From an uncultured Gemmataceae bacterium (lineage in GTDB: Bacteria > Planctomycetota > Planctomycetia > Gemmatales > Gemmataceae), in the NCBI GenBank assembly GCA_963750165.1, contig CAVVPN010000001.1:32001-96000 (forward strand): DNA of 64,000 nucleotides, read 5' to 3'. This document shows positions 9,635 to 18,703 of this stretch, piece by piece. Under the pieces are notes generated by a model. It saw only the letters and a program-made list of their open reading frames with translations, was not told the origin of the DNA and made no database searches. Position numbers and translations under genes: made by a program. The stretch's first letter is position 1. Each line of letters opens with the position of its first letter.

Positions 9635-11392
9635 TCACTCCCTCCTTCTCACTTCCACATATAACACCCCCACCGTCGTCTGCCCCTGCGCCAACCACGC
9701 TTCCAGCTGCCCCGGACCCGCGTCCAGTTTCACCGCCTCGAACGTGATCTGCTTCGCCTGCGCCGGCACTGCCTGCATCACCTTGGCCCCGCGCAGCTGG
9801 AGCGTCGCCGTGCGCGCCGCGTCAGTGGGCGCGAACAGCAGGGTCACATCGTAGGCGCCGGGCCGCGCCACCTCGACCTCCCAGTGGCCCAGGCCTTTCG
9901 GCCCCCAGCTGGCCTGCGGCCCGCGCCAGTCCTGCCGCGTCAGCAGCACCGGGTTTTCCTCCGCCGCGCCCAGGTGGATGCGCGGCGGCGCGTAGCCGCG
10001 CGCGCCCACGTCCTTGAACCACGCCTCGTACTCCTTCAGTAACTTCGCCACCACCTCCGGCCGTTCCGCCGCCAAATCCTTCTGCTGGTACGGGTCTTTT
10101 TCGATGTCGTACAGATGAAACGTCAGCTTCTCGGGCAGCTTCTCCTTCTCGCCGACGCCGAGCGGCTGCACCAGGCGGTACTGCTGCGTTCGCACCCCGA
10201 ACGCGCGGTACAGCTGCGGCACTTCGCCGCGGTGCCATTGTGTGAACAGCGTCCGATCCGGCCAATCAACCTTGCCGCCCTTGAGCAACGGCCACAGGCT
10301 GCGACCGTCGAACTTGCGGTCCTTCGGGGCCGCGACGCCACACGCTTCCAGCAGCGTCGGCGTCACGTCGATGTGAGCGGCGACGCGGTCCACCACGCGG
10401 TCGGCCGGAACGGTGCCGGTCCAGCGCACAAAGAACGGCACGCGCGTGCCGCCCTCGTGGACCGTCCCCTTGCGGCCGAGCATACCGCTGTTGTAGCGCA
10501 CGCCCTGCGGCCCGTTGTCCGTCAGGAAAATCACGATGGTGTTCTCGCTCAGCTTCAGCTCGTCCAGCTTCGCCAGCAGCCGGCCGATGTTGTCGTCGAT
10601 GTTCGTGACCATGCCGTAAACCTTCGCGATCTCGTCCTGCTTGGCCTTGCCCGGGAGCGGCTGGCCGGTCTTCGGAAACTCCGAGTGGGCCAGGTTCATC
10701 TTGCGGTACGGCGCCACGTACTGCTCCGGTACTTGCAGGGGGCCGTGCGGGCAGTTGTAGGCGACGTACAGGAAGAACGGTCGGTCGCGGTGTTCGGTGA
10801 CAAAGCGCAGGGCGTCATCGGTGAACACGTCGGTGCAGTAGCCCCTGGTTTTAACCGCCTTGCCGTTGCGGTAGAGGGTGGGGTTGAAGTAGCCGTCGCC
10901 GCCGGGCGGGTCCGAGGGCTGCGCGATACCGCCGCCCTTGTGGACCAGCGCCTCATGGAAGCCGCGGTCGTGCGGCCGCAGCGGGTAGTTGTCGCCGAGG
11001 TGCCACTTGCCGACGATGCCAGTGCGGTAGCCCGCCGCCGCGAACAGCTGGGCCAGCGTCACCTCGTCGGGCCGCATCATCGACCGGCCCACGAAGGTAT
11101 CGACGATGCCAGTGCGATAGTTGTAGCGGCCCGTCAGCAGGCTCGAGCGCGTCGGCGAGCAGACCGGCGAAACGTAGAAGTATTGAAAGCGCGTGGACTG
11201 GCGGGCGAGCTTGTCGAGGTTCGGCGTGCGGATTTTCGGGTTGCCGTGGATGCCCAGGTCGCCGTGGCCCTGGTCGTCCGTCATGATGACAATGACATTG
11301 GGCCGCTTTTTCGGCTGGGGGTTGTTGGCAGCGTGGGCGGTGCCGGCGACGGTCAGCGCGGCGAGCAAGGCGAGCAGCGTGCGGTGCGTCAT
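9635..11392 (-). CDS. Arylsulfatase-family (type I, Cys) sulfatase, exported
   Basis: PNVIVIMTDDQG, CSPTRSSLLTGR, GKWHLG, TDNG. Confidence 0.95.
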   Translation of the reverse strand: MTHRTLLALLAALTVAGTAHAANNPQPKKRPNVIVIMTDDQGHGDLGIHGNPKIRTPNLDKLARQSTRFQYFYVSPVCSPTRSSLLTGRYNYRTGIVDTFVGRSMMRPDEVTLAQLFAAAGYRTGIVGKWHLGDNYPLRPHDRGFHEALVHKGGGIAQPSDPPGGDGYFNPTLYRNGKAVKTRGYCTDVFTDDALRFVTEHRDRPFFLYVAYNCPHGPLQVPEQYVAPYRKMNLAHSEFPKTGQPLPGKAKQDEIAKVYGMVTNIDDNIGRLLAKLDELKLSENTIVIFLTDNGPQGVRYNSGMLGRKGTVHEGGTRVPFFVRWTGTVPADRVVDRVAAHIDVTPTLLEACGVAAPKDRKFDGRSLWPLLKGGKVDWPDRTLFTQWHRGEVPQLYRAFGVRTQQYRLVQPLGVGEKEKLPEKLTFHLYDIEKDPYQQKDLAAERPEVVAKLLKEYEAWFKDVGARGYAPPRIHLGAAEENPVLLTRQDWRGPQASWGPKGLGHWEVEVARPGAYDVTLLFAPTDAARTATLQLRGAKVMQAVPAQAKQITFEAVKLDAGPGQLEAWLAQGQTTVGVLYVEVRRRE

Positions 11393-11492
11393 GGCGGTTC
11401 CTCAGCGGGTCGGAGGGAGAGTCCCTGGGGTTGTTCCCGCCGACCAGCATACCATGACGGCGTAGAATATTCACCGCGGTGAATCTGCCGCG

Positions 11493-12005
11493 CTACTGGT
11501 CCCGCTGGGCTATCGGCTCCGCCCTGGGCAGGTTGGTCTGACGGCCTTCCAGGAAGGCGAGCCGTTCGCGCATGTGTTGCAGTTCGCGGGCCATGTCGGC
11601 GCGGGCCTTTTCGCTGATCTTCAATTCCTGCTCCAGCTGGGCCCGTTCCGACTTGATCTCGCGCAGTTCGTGGAAGCCTTCCCGCGATTTCTCGCGGAAC
11701 TTTTCAAAGTACTCGCGCTTGACGAAGTTGCTCTGCGTTTCGTTGAAGTGTTTCAGGTCGTTGCGCAGTTCGCTGACCATGCCGTTGTACTGCTCGAACA
11801 GCGCCAGGGCGACGAAGCCCAGGCCGCTGAGGATGGCGCTGCCGGCGCCCCACAGCCAGGCCGCCCGGTTGCGCTTGCCGGCCGCTGCCGCCGTCGGCGG
11901 CGCGCCGTCGTGCAGGGTCGGAGCAGGCTCGGCAAGATGGACGGAGGAAGTCGTGCAGGAGTGAACGATTTCCTGGTGCCGGCAGGCGACAATGCCCTGG
12001 TCCAT
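11493..12005 (-). CDS. Hypothetical single-TM coiled-coil protein
   Basis: Hydrophobic WLWGAGSAILSGLGFVALALF followed by a charged heptad-like region. Confidence 0.65.
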   Translation of the reverse strand: MDQGIVACRHQEIVHSCTTSSVHLAEPAPTLHDGAPPTAAAAGKRNRAAWLWGAGSAILSGLGFVALALFEQYNGMVSELRNDLKHFNETQSNFVKREYFEKFREKSREGFHELREIKSERAQLEQELKISEKARADMARELQHMRERLAFLEGRQTNLPRAEPIAQRDQ

Positions 12006-12382
12006 AAGTCCTCCCGGGTTTGTGCTCTCATCCTGAGCAACCGTCCGCGTCGCGGGTTGGCAGGGGACATAGCCGAGGGGCCGTTCGGATGCAAGGCCAG
12101 TCGGGGACCACGACTCAAACGGCCTTCATTCCGCTCGTTTCCAAACTCCGGTTTGGGAACGCAATTCCCCGAAACTCCTGATTGTGAAAATCGCGCTGGC
12201 GATGCGACCAGGGGTGGCGGACAACCGTTGGGGAATCGTACAATGAGTGAGACGCAGGCGGAGACTCCTTTCTTAAGTGGTTCGCTACACTTATTTTAGG
12301 AGTCTCCATGTGCCGCGACTCATTTTTGCAGCTGCTGAGATCAGCGACCGGAGTCCGGCAATATCGAAAAGGAGTTCTCCCG

Positions 12383-13462
12383 ATGTTCCACGCGATGATC
12401 ATGGCGGGCGGCGGCGGCACGCGCTTCTGGCCGCGCAGCCGCAAGCACCGGCCCAAGCAGTTTCTGACCCTGACCGGCAATCGCTCCCTGTTGCAGCAGG
12501 CCTACGACCGCCTGGAGGCCGCGATACCGCCGCACCACAGCTGGGTCATCACCAGCGACGCCCACCGCGCCGAGGCCGAACGCCAGCTGCCGGCGCTGCC
12601 GGGTGGTCACGTCGTCGGCGAGCCGTGCGGTCGCGACACCGCCGCCGCCATCGGCCTGGGCGCCGCGCTCATCGCCCGTGAGGATCCCGATGCGGTCATG
12701 ATTGTCACGCCCTCGGACCACGTCATTGAGCCGGTGCAGGAGTTCCGCCGCGCCGCCCAGGTCGCGGAGCAAATGGCGCTCGAACACCCCAACGCGCTCA
12801 TCACCTTCGGCATCCAGCCGACGTACCCGGCGGTCGGCTACGGCTACATCCACCGCGGCGCCGAGGTGGCCCGGCGCCAGGGCGTGCCGGTGTACCGCGT
12901 GCAGGCATTCAAGGAAAAGCCCGACCAGGAGACGGCCGAGAACTTCCTGGCGTCGGGCGAATACTTCTGGAACAGCGGCATTTTCGTCTGGCGCGTGGCG
13001 ACCATCCTGAGCGCCCTGCGCGAGCGGCAGCCGAAGTTGTTCGCCGCCGTGCAGCAGATCGCCGAGAACTGGGGCGCTGCCGACGGCCCGCGCGTGCTGG
13101 CCCGGGAGTACGAAGCGCTGCCGAAGATCAGCATCGACTTCGCAGTGATGGAGCACGCGCCGGAAGTGCTGGTGGTGCAGGCGCCGTATCGCTGGGACGA
13201 CGTGGGCAGCTGGCTGGCCCTGGAGCGAATGCACCCGCAGGACGCCGAGCACAACACCGTGCTGGCGACGCACTGCGGCATTGAAACGAACCACTGCGTC
13301 ATCGTCGGCGATCCGGGCAAGCTCATCACGACGATTGGCGTCTCGAACCTGCTCATCATCCAGGACGGCGACGCGCTGCTGGTGGCCGACCGCCGCGAGG
13401 AGGCGACGGTCAAGGCACTGGTGGACCGGCTCGGCAAGGAAAACCTGGAAAAATACCTGTGA
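12383..13462 (+). CDS. manC: Mannose-1-phosphate guanylyltransferase
   Basis: IMAGGGGTRFWPRSR..PKQFL, EP.GRDTA, F.EKP, WNSGIF, SIDFAVME, WDDVGSW; AAGGAG RBS. Confidence 0.93.
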   Translation: MFHAMIMAGGGGTRFWPRSRKHRPKQFLTLTGNRSLLQQAYDRLEAAIPPHHSWVITSDAHRAEAERQLPALPGGHVVGEPCGRDTAAAIGLGAALIAREDPDAVMIVTPSDHVIEPVQEFRRAAQVAEQMALEHPNALITFGIQPTYPAVGYGYIHRGAEVARRQGVPVYRVQAFKEKPDQETAENFLASGEYFWNSGIFVWRVATILSALRERQPKLFAAVQQIAENWGAADGPRVLAREYEALPKISIDFAVMEHAPEVLVVQAPYRWDDVGSWLALERMHPQDAEHNTVLATHCGIETNHCVIVGDPGKLITTIGVSNLLIIQDGDALLVADRREEATVKALVDRLGKENLEKYL

Positions 13463-13914
13463 GCGAAGCACGGCGACTGCTGGGCATCGACTACGGCAGC
13501 AAGCGCATCGGCCTGGCGGTGAGCGACGCGGACCACAAGATCGCGTCGCCGCTGACCACCTACGAGCGCAAGGGAGCCGAGCGTGACGCCGCGTACTTCC
13601 GCACACTGATCGACGAGGAGGAAATCGGCGGCCTGGTGCTGGGCCTGCCGGTGCATCTGAACGGCAGCGAGGGCCAGAAAGCGCGTGAGGTGCGGGCGTT
13701 CGCGGCCTGGCTGGCGAAGGCGACGGGCCTGACTCCCGCCTTCTGGGACGAACGCTTCACGACCGTGGAGGCCGAACAGCACCTGCTGGCGGCGGGCCTG
13801 ACGAACAAGCGCCGCAAGGAGCGCCGCGACCGCCTGGCGGCGCAGATTTTGTTGCAGACCTATCTGGACGCCGGCTGTCCCGCGGAGGAGCCGCCGCGGC
13901 CCCTGGACGAATGA
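13459..13914 (+). CDS. ruvX: YqgF/RuvX-family nuclease (pre-16S rRNA maturation)
   Basis: LGIDYGSKRIGLAVSD, VLGLP, WDERFTT, D.LAA.ILLQ.YLD. Confidence 0.93.
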   Translation: MSEARRLLGIDYGSKRIGLAVSDADHKIASPLTTYERKGAERDAAYFRTLIDEEEIGGLVLGLPVHLNGSEGQKAREVRAFAAWLAKATGLTPAFWDERFTTVEAEQHLLAAGLTNKRRKERRDRLAAQILLQTYLDAGCPAEEPPRPLDE

Positions 13915-13935
13915 CCCTGCCACGGTGGGACACGG

Positions 13936-14853
13936 ATGTTTGAGCGCTTTGAAGACTACGAATACCCCCTGGCGCTGTGCCAGCTGGTGCTGTTCATGAC
14001 CGGCATGGGCGCAACGCTGCGGCTGGCCGACTTCACGCGCATCGCCCGTGAGCCGCGGTCGCTGCTGACGGCGCTGGCGTATCAGTACGTCGCGGTGCCG
14101 GCGCTGGCGGTGGCGCTGAACCACCTGCTCCGGCTGCCGTCGGGCGTGGCCATCGGCCTGGTGCTGATCGCGGCGCTGCCGGGCGGCGCCATGGCCAAGT
14201 TCTTCACCTACCTGGGCCGCGGCAACCTGGCACTGTCGGTAACACTGACCGCCACCTCAACCCTGTCGGCGCTGGTGACGGTGCCGCTGCTGCTACGGTT
14301 GCTGGCGACCGAGTACATCCCGGACAATTTACCGATGCCGTACCTCCGCATTGTCGGCGAAGTGGCGCTGTTCATGCTGGCGCCGCTGGCGCTGGGCATG
14401 CTGCTGGGCTGGCGCTGGCCGGCGCACCGGCAACAAATCTCGCGCTGGTGCATCCGGCTGGGGCTGGTGTTCGTGGTGGCGATGGTGGTCGGCTCGACCG
14501 GAGCGGGCCGCATCACTGGCTGGGAGTACAGCTGGCAGGGGCCGCTGGCGATCGTGCTGTTCTGTCTGTTGAATCAGCAGCTGTCGCTGCTGCCGTTCCG
14601 CGTGCTGCGCTGGCCGACGCAGGATTGTCTGGCGGTGGGCATCGAGGTGACGATGCGCAACGTCAACCTGGGGCTGCTGCTCAAGGCGTCGCTGTTTCCG
14701 GCGACCGACCACGCCATCCGGCCCATCGCCGATGGCGTGCTGTTCGTGCTGCTGTACTACGCGGTGGTGGCCATGTGCGCTGGGGCGCCGCTGGCGCTGC
14801 GCTATCGGCTCATGTATCACCGCAAGGTAGCGCAGCCGGTGGTAGAGCATTGA
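13936..14853 (+). CDS. Bile acid:sodium symporter (BASS) family transporter
   Basis: MTGMGATL...DF, PGG.M..FFTYLGRGNLALSV, IEV.MRN; multiple TM segments. Confidence 0.85.
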   Translation: MFERFEDYEYPLALCQLVLFMTGMGATLRLADFTRIAREPRSLLTALAYQYVAVPALAVALNHLLRLPSGVAIGLVLIAALPGGAMAKFFTYLGRGNLALSVTLTATSTLSALVTVPLLLRLLATEYIPDNLPMPYLRIVGEVALFMLAPLALGMLLGWRWPAHRQQISRWCIRLGLVFVVAMVVGSTGAGRITGWEYSWQGPLAIVLFCLLNQQLSLLPFRVLRWPTQDCLAVGIEVTMRNVNLGLLLKASLFPATDHAIRPIADGVLFVLLYYAVVAMCAGAPLALRYRLMYHRKVAQPVVEH

Positions 14854-15007
14854 TCGGCATGGTTCAAAAGCGGCCGATTTCAGGTAACAGTACGGACCCT
14901 CCCCGGCCCTGACAGGATGGCGCGGGTTGGACCATCCTGGAGCGGTTCACGAACGGCAGGCTTGCGAACCGCTCTAATTTCTGGAGAAGGGGGCATGGCC
15001 GAGTAAG

Positions 15008-15197
15008 AGCGTTCGGAAGCAAAGAACCACGGATCCCACGGGAGCACGGTGCGACCGGGGGTAGCGGAAGTCGCCAGACTTCCGCGCAGCGTCGGACGGA
15101 AGTCTGGCGACTTCCGCTACCCCCCCAGCGCCGCGCGCGCTAACCATTTTCTGTCGAGATCCGTGTGATCCGTGGTTCCTGCTTTCCGAACGCGCTA
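15008..15197. repeat. Nested inverted-repeat element containing a GTAG-type REP doublet (15061-15120)
   Basis: GTAGCGGAAGTCGCCAGACTTCCG...CGGAAGTCTGGCGACTTCCGCTAC inside arms GAACCACGGATC/GATCCGTGGTTC and GCGTTCGGAA/TTCCGAACGC. Confidence 0.85.
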
Positions 15198-15408
15198 ACG
15201 CCAACCAATGGGGGTGCCTGCCCCGTCAAAGGCAAGAGGCGTCGTCTGGACAAACCCCGTCCGTCAACCGCCCGCCGCGCTTTTTCCAACCCCAGTTCAG
15301 TTCTCCCGCCCGCACTGCCGATCTTCCCGTAACAGGCGGCTCTCCCAGTGCGCGCCACAACCCGCGGCGGCCGACCCGGAGCGCCGTCTCTTCACGGGAG
15401 GTTTTTCA

Positions 15409-18246
15409 ATGCGTTTCTTCTCGTTCCGCTCGCTGCTGCGCCCCACGCGATCCCGTCGCGCCCCGGCCGTCCTCCGCGTCGAGTCCCTCGAAGGCCGCTG
15501 TCTGCCCTCTGCCACCATCAGCGGCTACGTTTACAACGATGCCAACTTCAACGGCATCCGCGATCTCGGCGAGGCTCCCATTCTCAACGCGCGCGTCGAA
15601 CTGCACAACACCACCGGCGGCCAGGACGTGATCGTCGGCGTCGCCACCACGGATGCCAACGGCTACTACCAGTTCACCACCAACGCCACCATCAACACCA
15701 GCCCGCAGACGCTGGTGCGCTCGATCACCTACCCGCTCACGCCGACCAACTTCACCATGAGCAGGGCCATCGGCCAGTTCGACCCCAGCCTGGGCCAACT
15801 GGTCTCCGTCGATGTCGAGAGCGACGCCACCATCACCAGCGACATTCGCGTGGAAAACACCAGTACGCAATCCATCTCAACCATCGACGGCACCGTCGCC
15901 GGCACCCTGACGCTGACCGGCCCTGGCGGCCTCAGCCTGGTCAACCAGCCGAGCGCCAACGCCGGCGAGTTCGACGCCACCACCTTCGACGGCACCAAGG
16001 ACTTCGCCGGCACCAGCGGCATCAACTTCGGCTCGCAGAACGCCAGTAACACCGCCACCACCACGCTGACCGGTGCCGCCCTGACGCCGTTCATCGGCAC
16101 CGGCACCGTCAACCTGCTCCTCAGCGCCAGGGCCACCTCCAACGCCTCCGGCGGCGGCAACCTCGACGCCAGCATCACCAGTTCCGCCCTGGCCACCGTG
16201 CGCCTGGTCTATCACTACATCCCCAGCAACGCCCTCCAGCCGGGCACCTACCGCGTCGTCCAGACACCGCCACCCGGCGGTTACCTGGACGGCCTGGAGT
16301 CGCAGGGTAACACCGTCATCCCGGGCAGCCTCGGCACCGATGCCATCAACGTCCAGCTCAGCGCCAACGGTGTGTCCGCCAACAACAATTTCGGCAAGGT
16401 CATCACGTCCAGCCTGTCCGGTTTCGTCTACGGCGACATCAGCTCCGGCGGCTACAACGACGGCATTCGCGAGATGGGTGAGCCGGGCATTCCTAACACC
16501 ACCATCACGCTGACCGGCACAACCAACGCCGGCACCTCGGTGTCGCAAACGCTGAAAACCGACCCCAATGGCTTCTACATTCTCGCCAACCTCTACCCCG
16601 GCACGTACCAACTCCAGGCGACGCAGCCGGCCGGCTGGCTCCCGGGCAAGGACACCATCGGCACGCAGGGCGGTATCAGCGGCAACAACGGCTTGAGCAA
16701 CATCGCGCTGCCGCAGAATGACAACGGCCTGAACAACAACTTCGGCGAACTGCAACCGGTCACCAGCACGGCCAGTCTGTCGGGCTGGGTCTACGAGGAT
16801 ATGAGCGTCACCGGCTATAACGACGGCATTCGGGAACTGGGCGAGCCAGGCATTCCCAACACCACCATCATCCTGACCGGCACCGACTATACCGGCAACG
16901 CCGTTTCGCAGACCACGACCACCGACGCCAACGGCTTCTACAGCTTCTCGAATCTGGCGGCCGGCACCTACGCGCTCCGCGAGGTGCAGCCGGCCGGCTT
17001 CCTCGAAGGCAAGTCCACCATCGGCACGCCCGGCGGCAGCACTTTCAACGGCGCCTTCACGAATATCCATCTGGCCGCCGGCTACAACGGCCAGAACAAC
17101 AACTTCGGCGAGCTGTTGCCGAGCGCCGGCCGGCTATCGAGCCTGTCGGGCTTCGTCTACGCGGACGACAGCTCCGGCGGCTACAACGATGGCGTCCGGC
17201 AACAGGGCGAACCGGGCATCGCTGGCGTGACCATCACGCTGACCGGCACCACCAACCAGGGCCAGTCCATGACGGCGAAACTGACCACGGACCCCAACGG
17301 CTTCTACATCTTCGGCGGTCTGCAGGCGGGCACCTATCAGTTGCAGGAGACGCAGCCGGCCGGCTGGCTCAACGGCAAGGCCGCCATCGGCACGCAGAGC
17401 GGTGTCGTCGGCAGCAACGTCCTCAGCGCCATCCCGCTGCCGGGCGGCGTCAACGGCCTGAACAACAACTTCGCCGAGCTGCCGGCGGCGGTCAAGGCGA
17501 CGGCTGTGCCGCCGGTGTTTCTGACGCCACAGTTCGCGCCGGTCCAGTTGCTCGGCAAGAACAATTACTTCACGACGCCGGGCACGAATTACCAGGATCC
17601 CACGATTCAGGCGGACGCGACCTATGTCGATGGCCTGTACCGCACCCTGGCGGGCCGGCCGGCGACCTATCAGGAGCTGGGCAACTGGGTGAACCAGCTC
17701 CTCAACGGCCTGTCGCTCAGCCAGGTCGCCGCCGCGGTCTGGAACACGCCCGAGCACCGCCGCATTGAGGTCAACAGTTTCTACGACGTCTACCTGGGTC
17801 GCCTGCCCACCGACGCCGAGGCGGCCCCGTGGGTGAATTACCTGGTGCAGACCGGGGACGAGGTTGGCGTGGCCGCCGCCATCCTGGGATCGCCGGAGTA
17901 CCTGCAGCGCGCCGGCGGCACCACCACGGGCTTCGTCACCGCCCTGTACGCCAACACGCAGGGCACCGACCTGGTGCCGGCGGGCGCCGTCGCCTACTGG
18001 CAGAACGTGCTCAGCAGCACCGGCAACAACTACGCCCTGGTGGCCCGGCAGTTCCTGAACACCGACGCGGCCGCGGCCTTCATCGTGGACGCCTACTACC
18101 GCCAGATTCTGCAACGACCGCCGGGAGCGGGCGAGGTCAACGCCTGGGTGGGCCTGATCCACAACGGCCAGAACACGCTGTTCAACGTCGGCATCCAGTT
18201 CGTGGCGAGCGCCGAGTTTTTCGCCACGGCCAAGAAGGCGAGTTAG
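15409..18246 (+). CDS. Exported surface protein: LEPRxLL-type leader, SdrD-B-like repeats with an inserted choice-of-anchor-E-like domain, C-terminal DUF4214-like domain
   Basis: VESLEGRCLPS; four (I/L)SG(Y/F/W)VY.D...N.G.R..GE..I repeats ending NNNF(G/A); LY..L.GR / Y...L.R..D motifs and F..S.EF at the C-terminus. Confidence 0.85.
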   Translation: MRFFSFRSLLRPTRSRRAPAVLRVESLEGRCLPSATISGYVYNDANFNGIRDLGEAPILNARVELHNTTGGQDVIVGVATTDANGYYQFTTNATINTSPQTLVRSITYPLTPTNFTMSRAIGQFDPSLGQLVSVDVESDATITSDIRVENTSTQSISTIDGTVAGTLTLTGPGGLSLVNQPSANAGEFDATTFDGTKDFAGTSGINFGSQNASNTATTTLTGAALTPFIGTGTVNLLLSARATSNASGGGNLDASITSSALATVRLVYHYIPSNALQPGTYRVVQTPPPGGYLDGLESQGNTVIPGSLGTDAINVQLSANGVSANNNFGKVITSSLSGFVYGDISSGGYNDGIREMGEPGIPNTTITLTGTTNAGTSVSQTLKTDPNGFYILANLYPGTYQLQATQPAGWLPGKDTIGTQGGISGNNGLSNIALPQNDNGLNNNFGELQPVTSTASLSGWVYEDMSVTGYNDGIRELGEPGIPNTTIILTGTDYTGNAVSQTTTTDANGFYSFSNLAAGTYALREVQPAGFLEGKSTIGTPGGSTFNGAFTNIHLAAGYNGQNNNFGELLPSAGRLSSLSGFVYADDSSGGYNDGVRQQGEPGIAGVTITLTGTTNQGQSMTAKLTTDPNGFYIFGGLQAGTYQLQETQPAGWLNGKAAIGTQSGVVGSNVLSAIPLPGGVNGLNNNFAELPAAVKATAVPPVFLTPQFAPVQLLGKNNYFTTPGTNYQDPTIQADATYVDGLYRTLAGRPATYQELGNWVNQLLNGLSLSQVAAAVWNTPEHRRIEVNSFYDVYLGRLPTDAEAAPWVNYLVQTGDEVGVAAAILGSPEYLQRAGGTTTGFVTALYANTQGTDLVPAGAVAYWQNVLSSTGNNYALVARQFLNTDAAAAFIVDAYYRQILQRPPGAGEVNAWVGLIHNGQNTLFNVGIQFVASAEFFATAKKAS

Positions 18247-18261
18247 CCTGAATTACGATTA

Positions 18262-18367
18262 ATTCACCACAAAGACACAAAGAAACACAAAGAAGGCAAA
18301 GCCAGGAGGAGATCATCCTTTTCCTGTTTTTGTCTTCTTTGTGACTCTTTGTGTCTTTGTGGTGAAT
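18262..18367. repeat. Inverted repeat built from 9-bp tandem units (ACACAAAG type)
   Basis: ATTCACCACAAAGACACAAAG ... CTTTGTGTCTTTGTGGTGAAT. Confidence 0.85.
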
Positions 18368-18703
18368 CTTCTTCTTCTGTCTGCCCACTCCACATTACGC
18401 ACCTCAAATTCCTCCCGATTCCTCTATTCTCCAGCAACCGCCGCCACCTCGCTTTGCCGCGCGGGATGGTTGTGCCCTCCGTTCGACCTGTGAGGCGGGG
18501 TCGGCGCCGGCAGCGGCGCAGGACACGCAAAACCACTGTGTTGCGGCGAGGCCGGCGGTCGAAATAAAGGACGGTATCTCAGCGAACGGCGGGGGGAACA
18601 CCCCCAGGCCGCGGCGTTGTGTGACGGCCCACCCCCGGGACGGCGCCAGGCTTGCGGCACTTTGAGCGACTCCAAGCGTTCCCTGCCACGGAGGGTTCTG
18701 TCC

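Noticed and set aside
9196..9747. 183-aa ORF across the sigma-54 region
   Set aside because: Starts upstream of the promoter, overlaps the sulfatase 3' end, atypical codon use, no RBS or motif
16400..17480. ~360-bp tandem repeats as a CRISPR or DGR-like array
   Set aside because: In-frame SdrD-B domain repeats; no constant repeat/unique spacer pattern and no RT or cas gene
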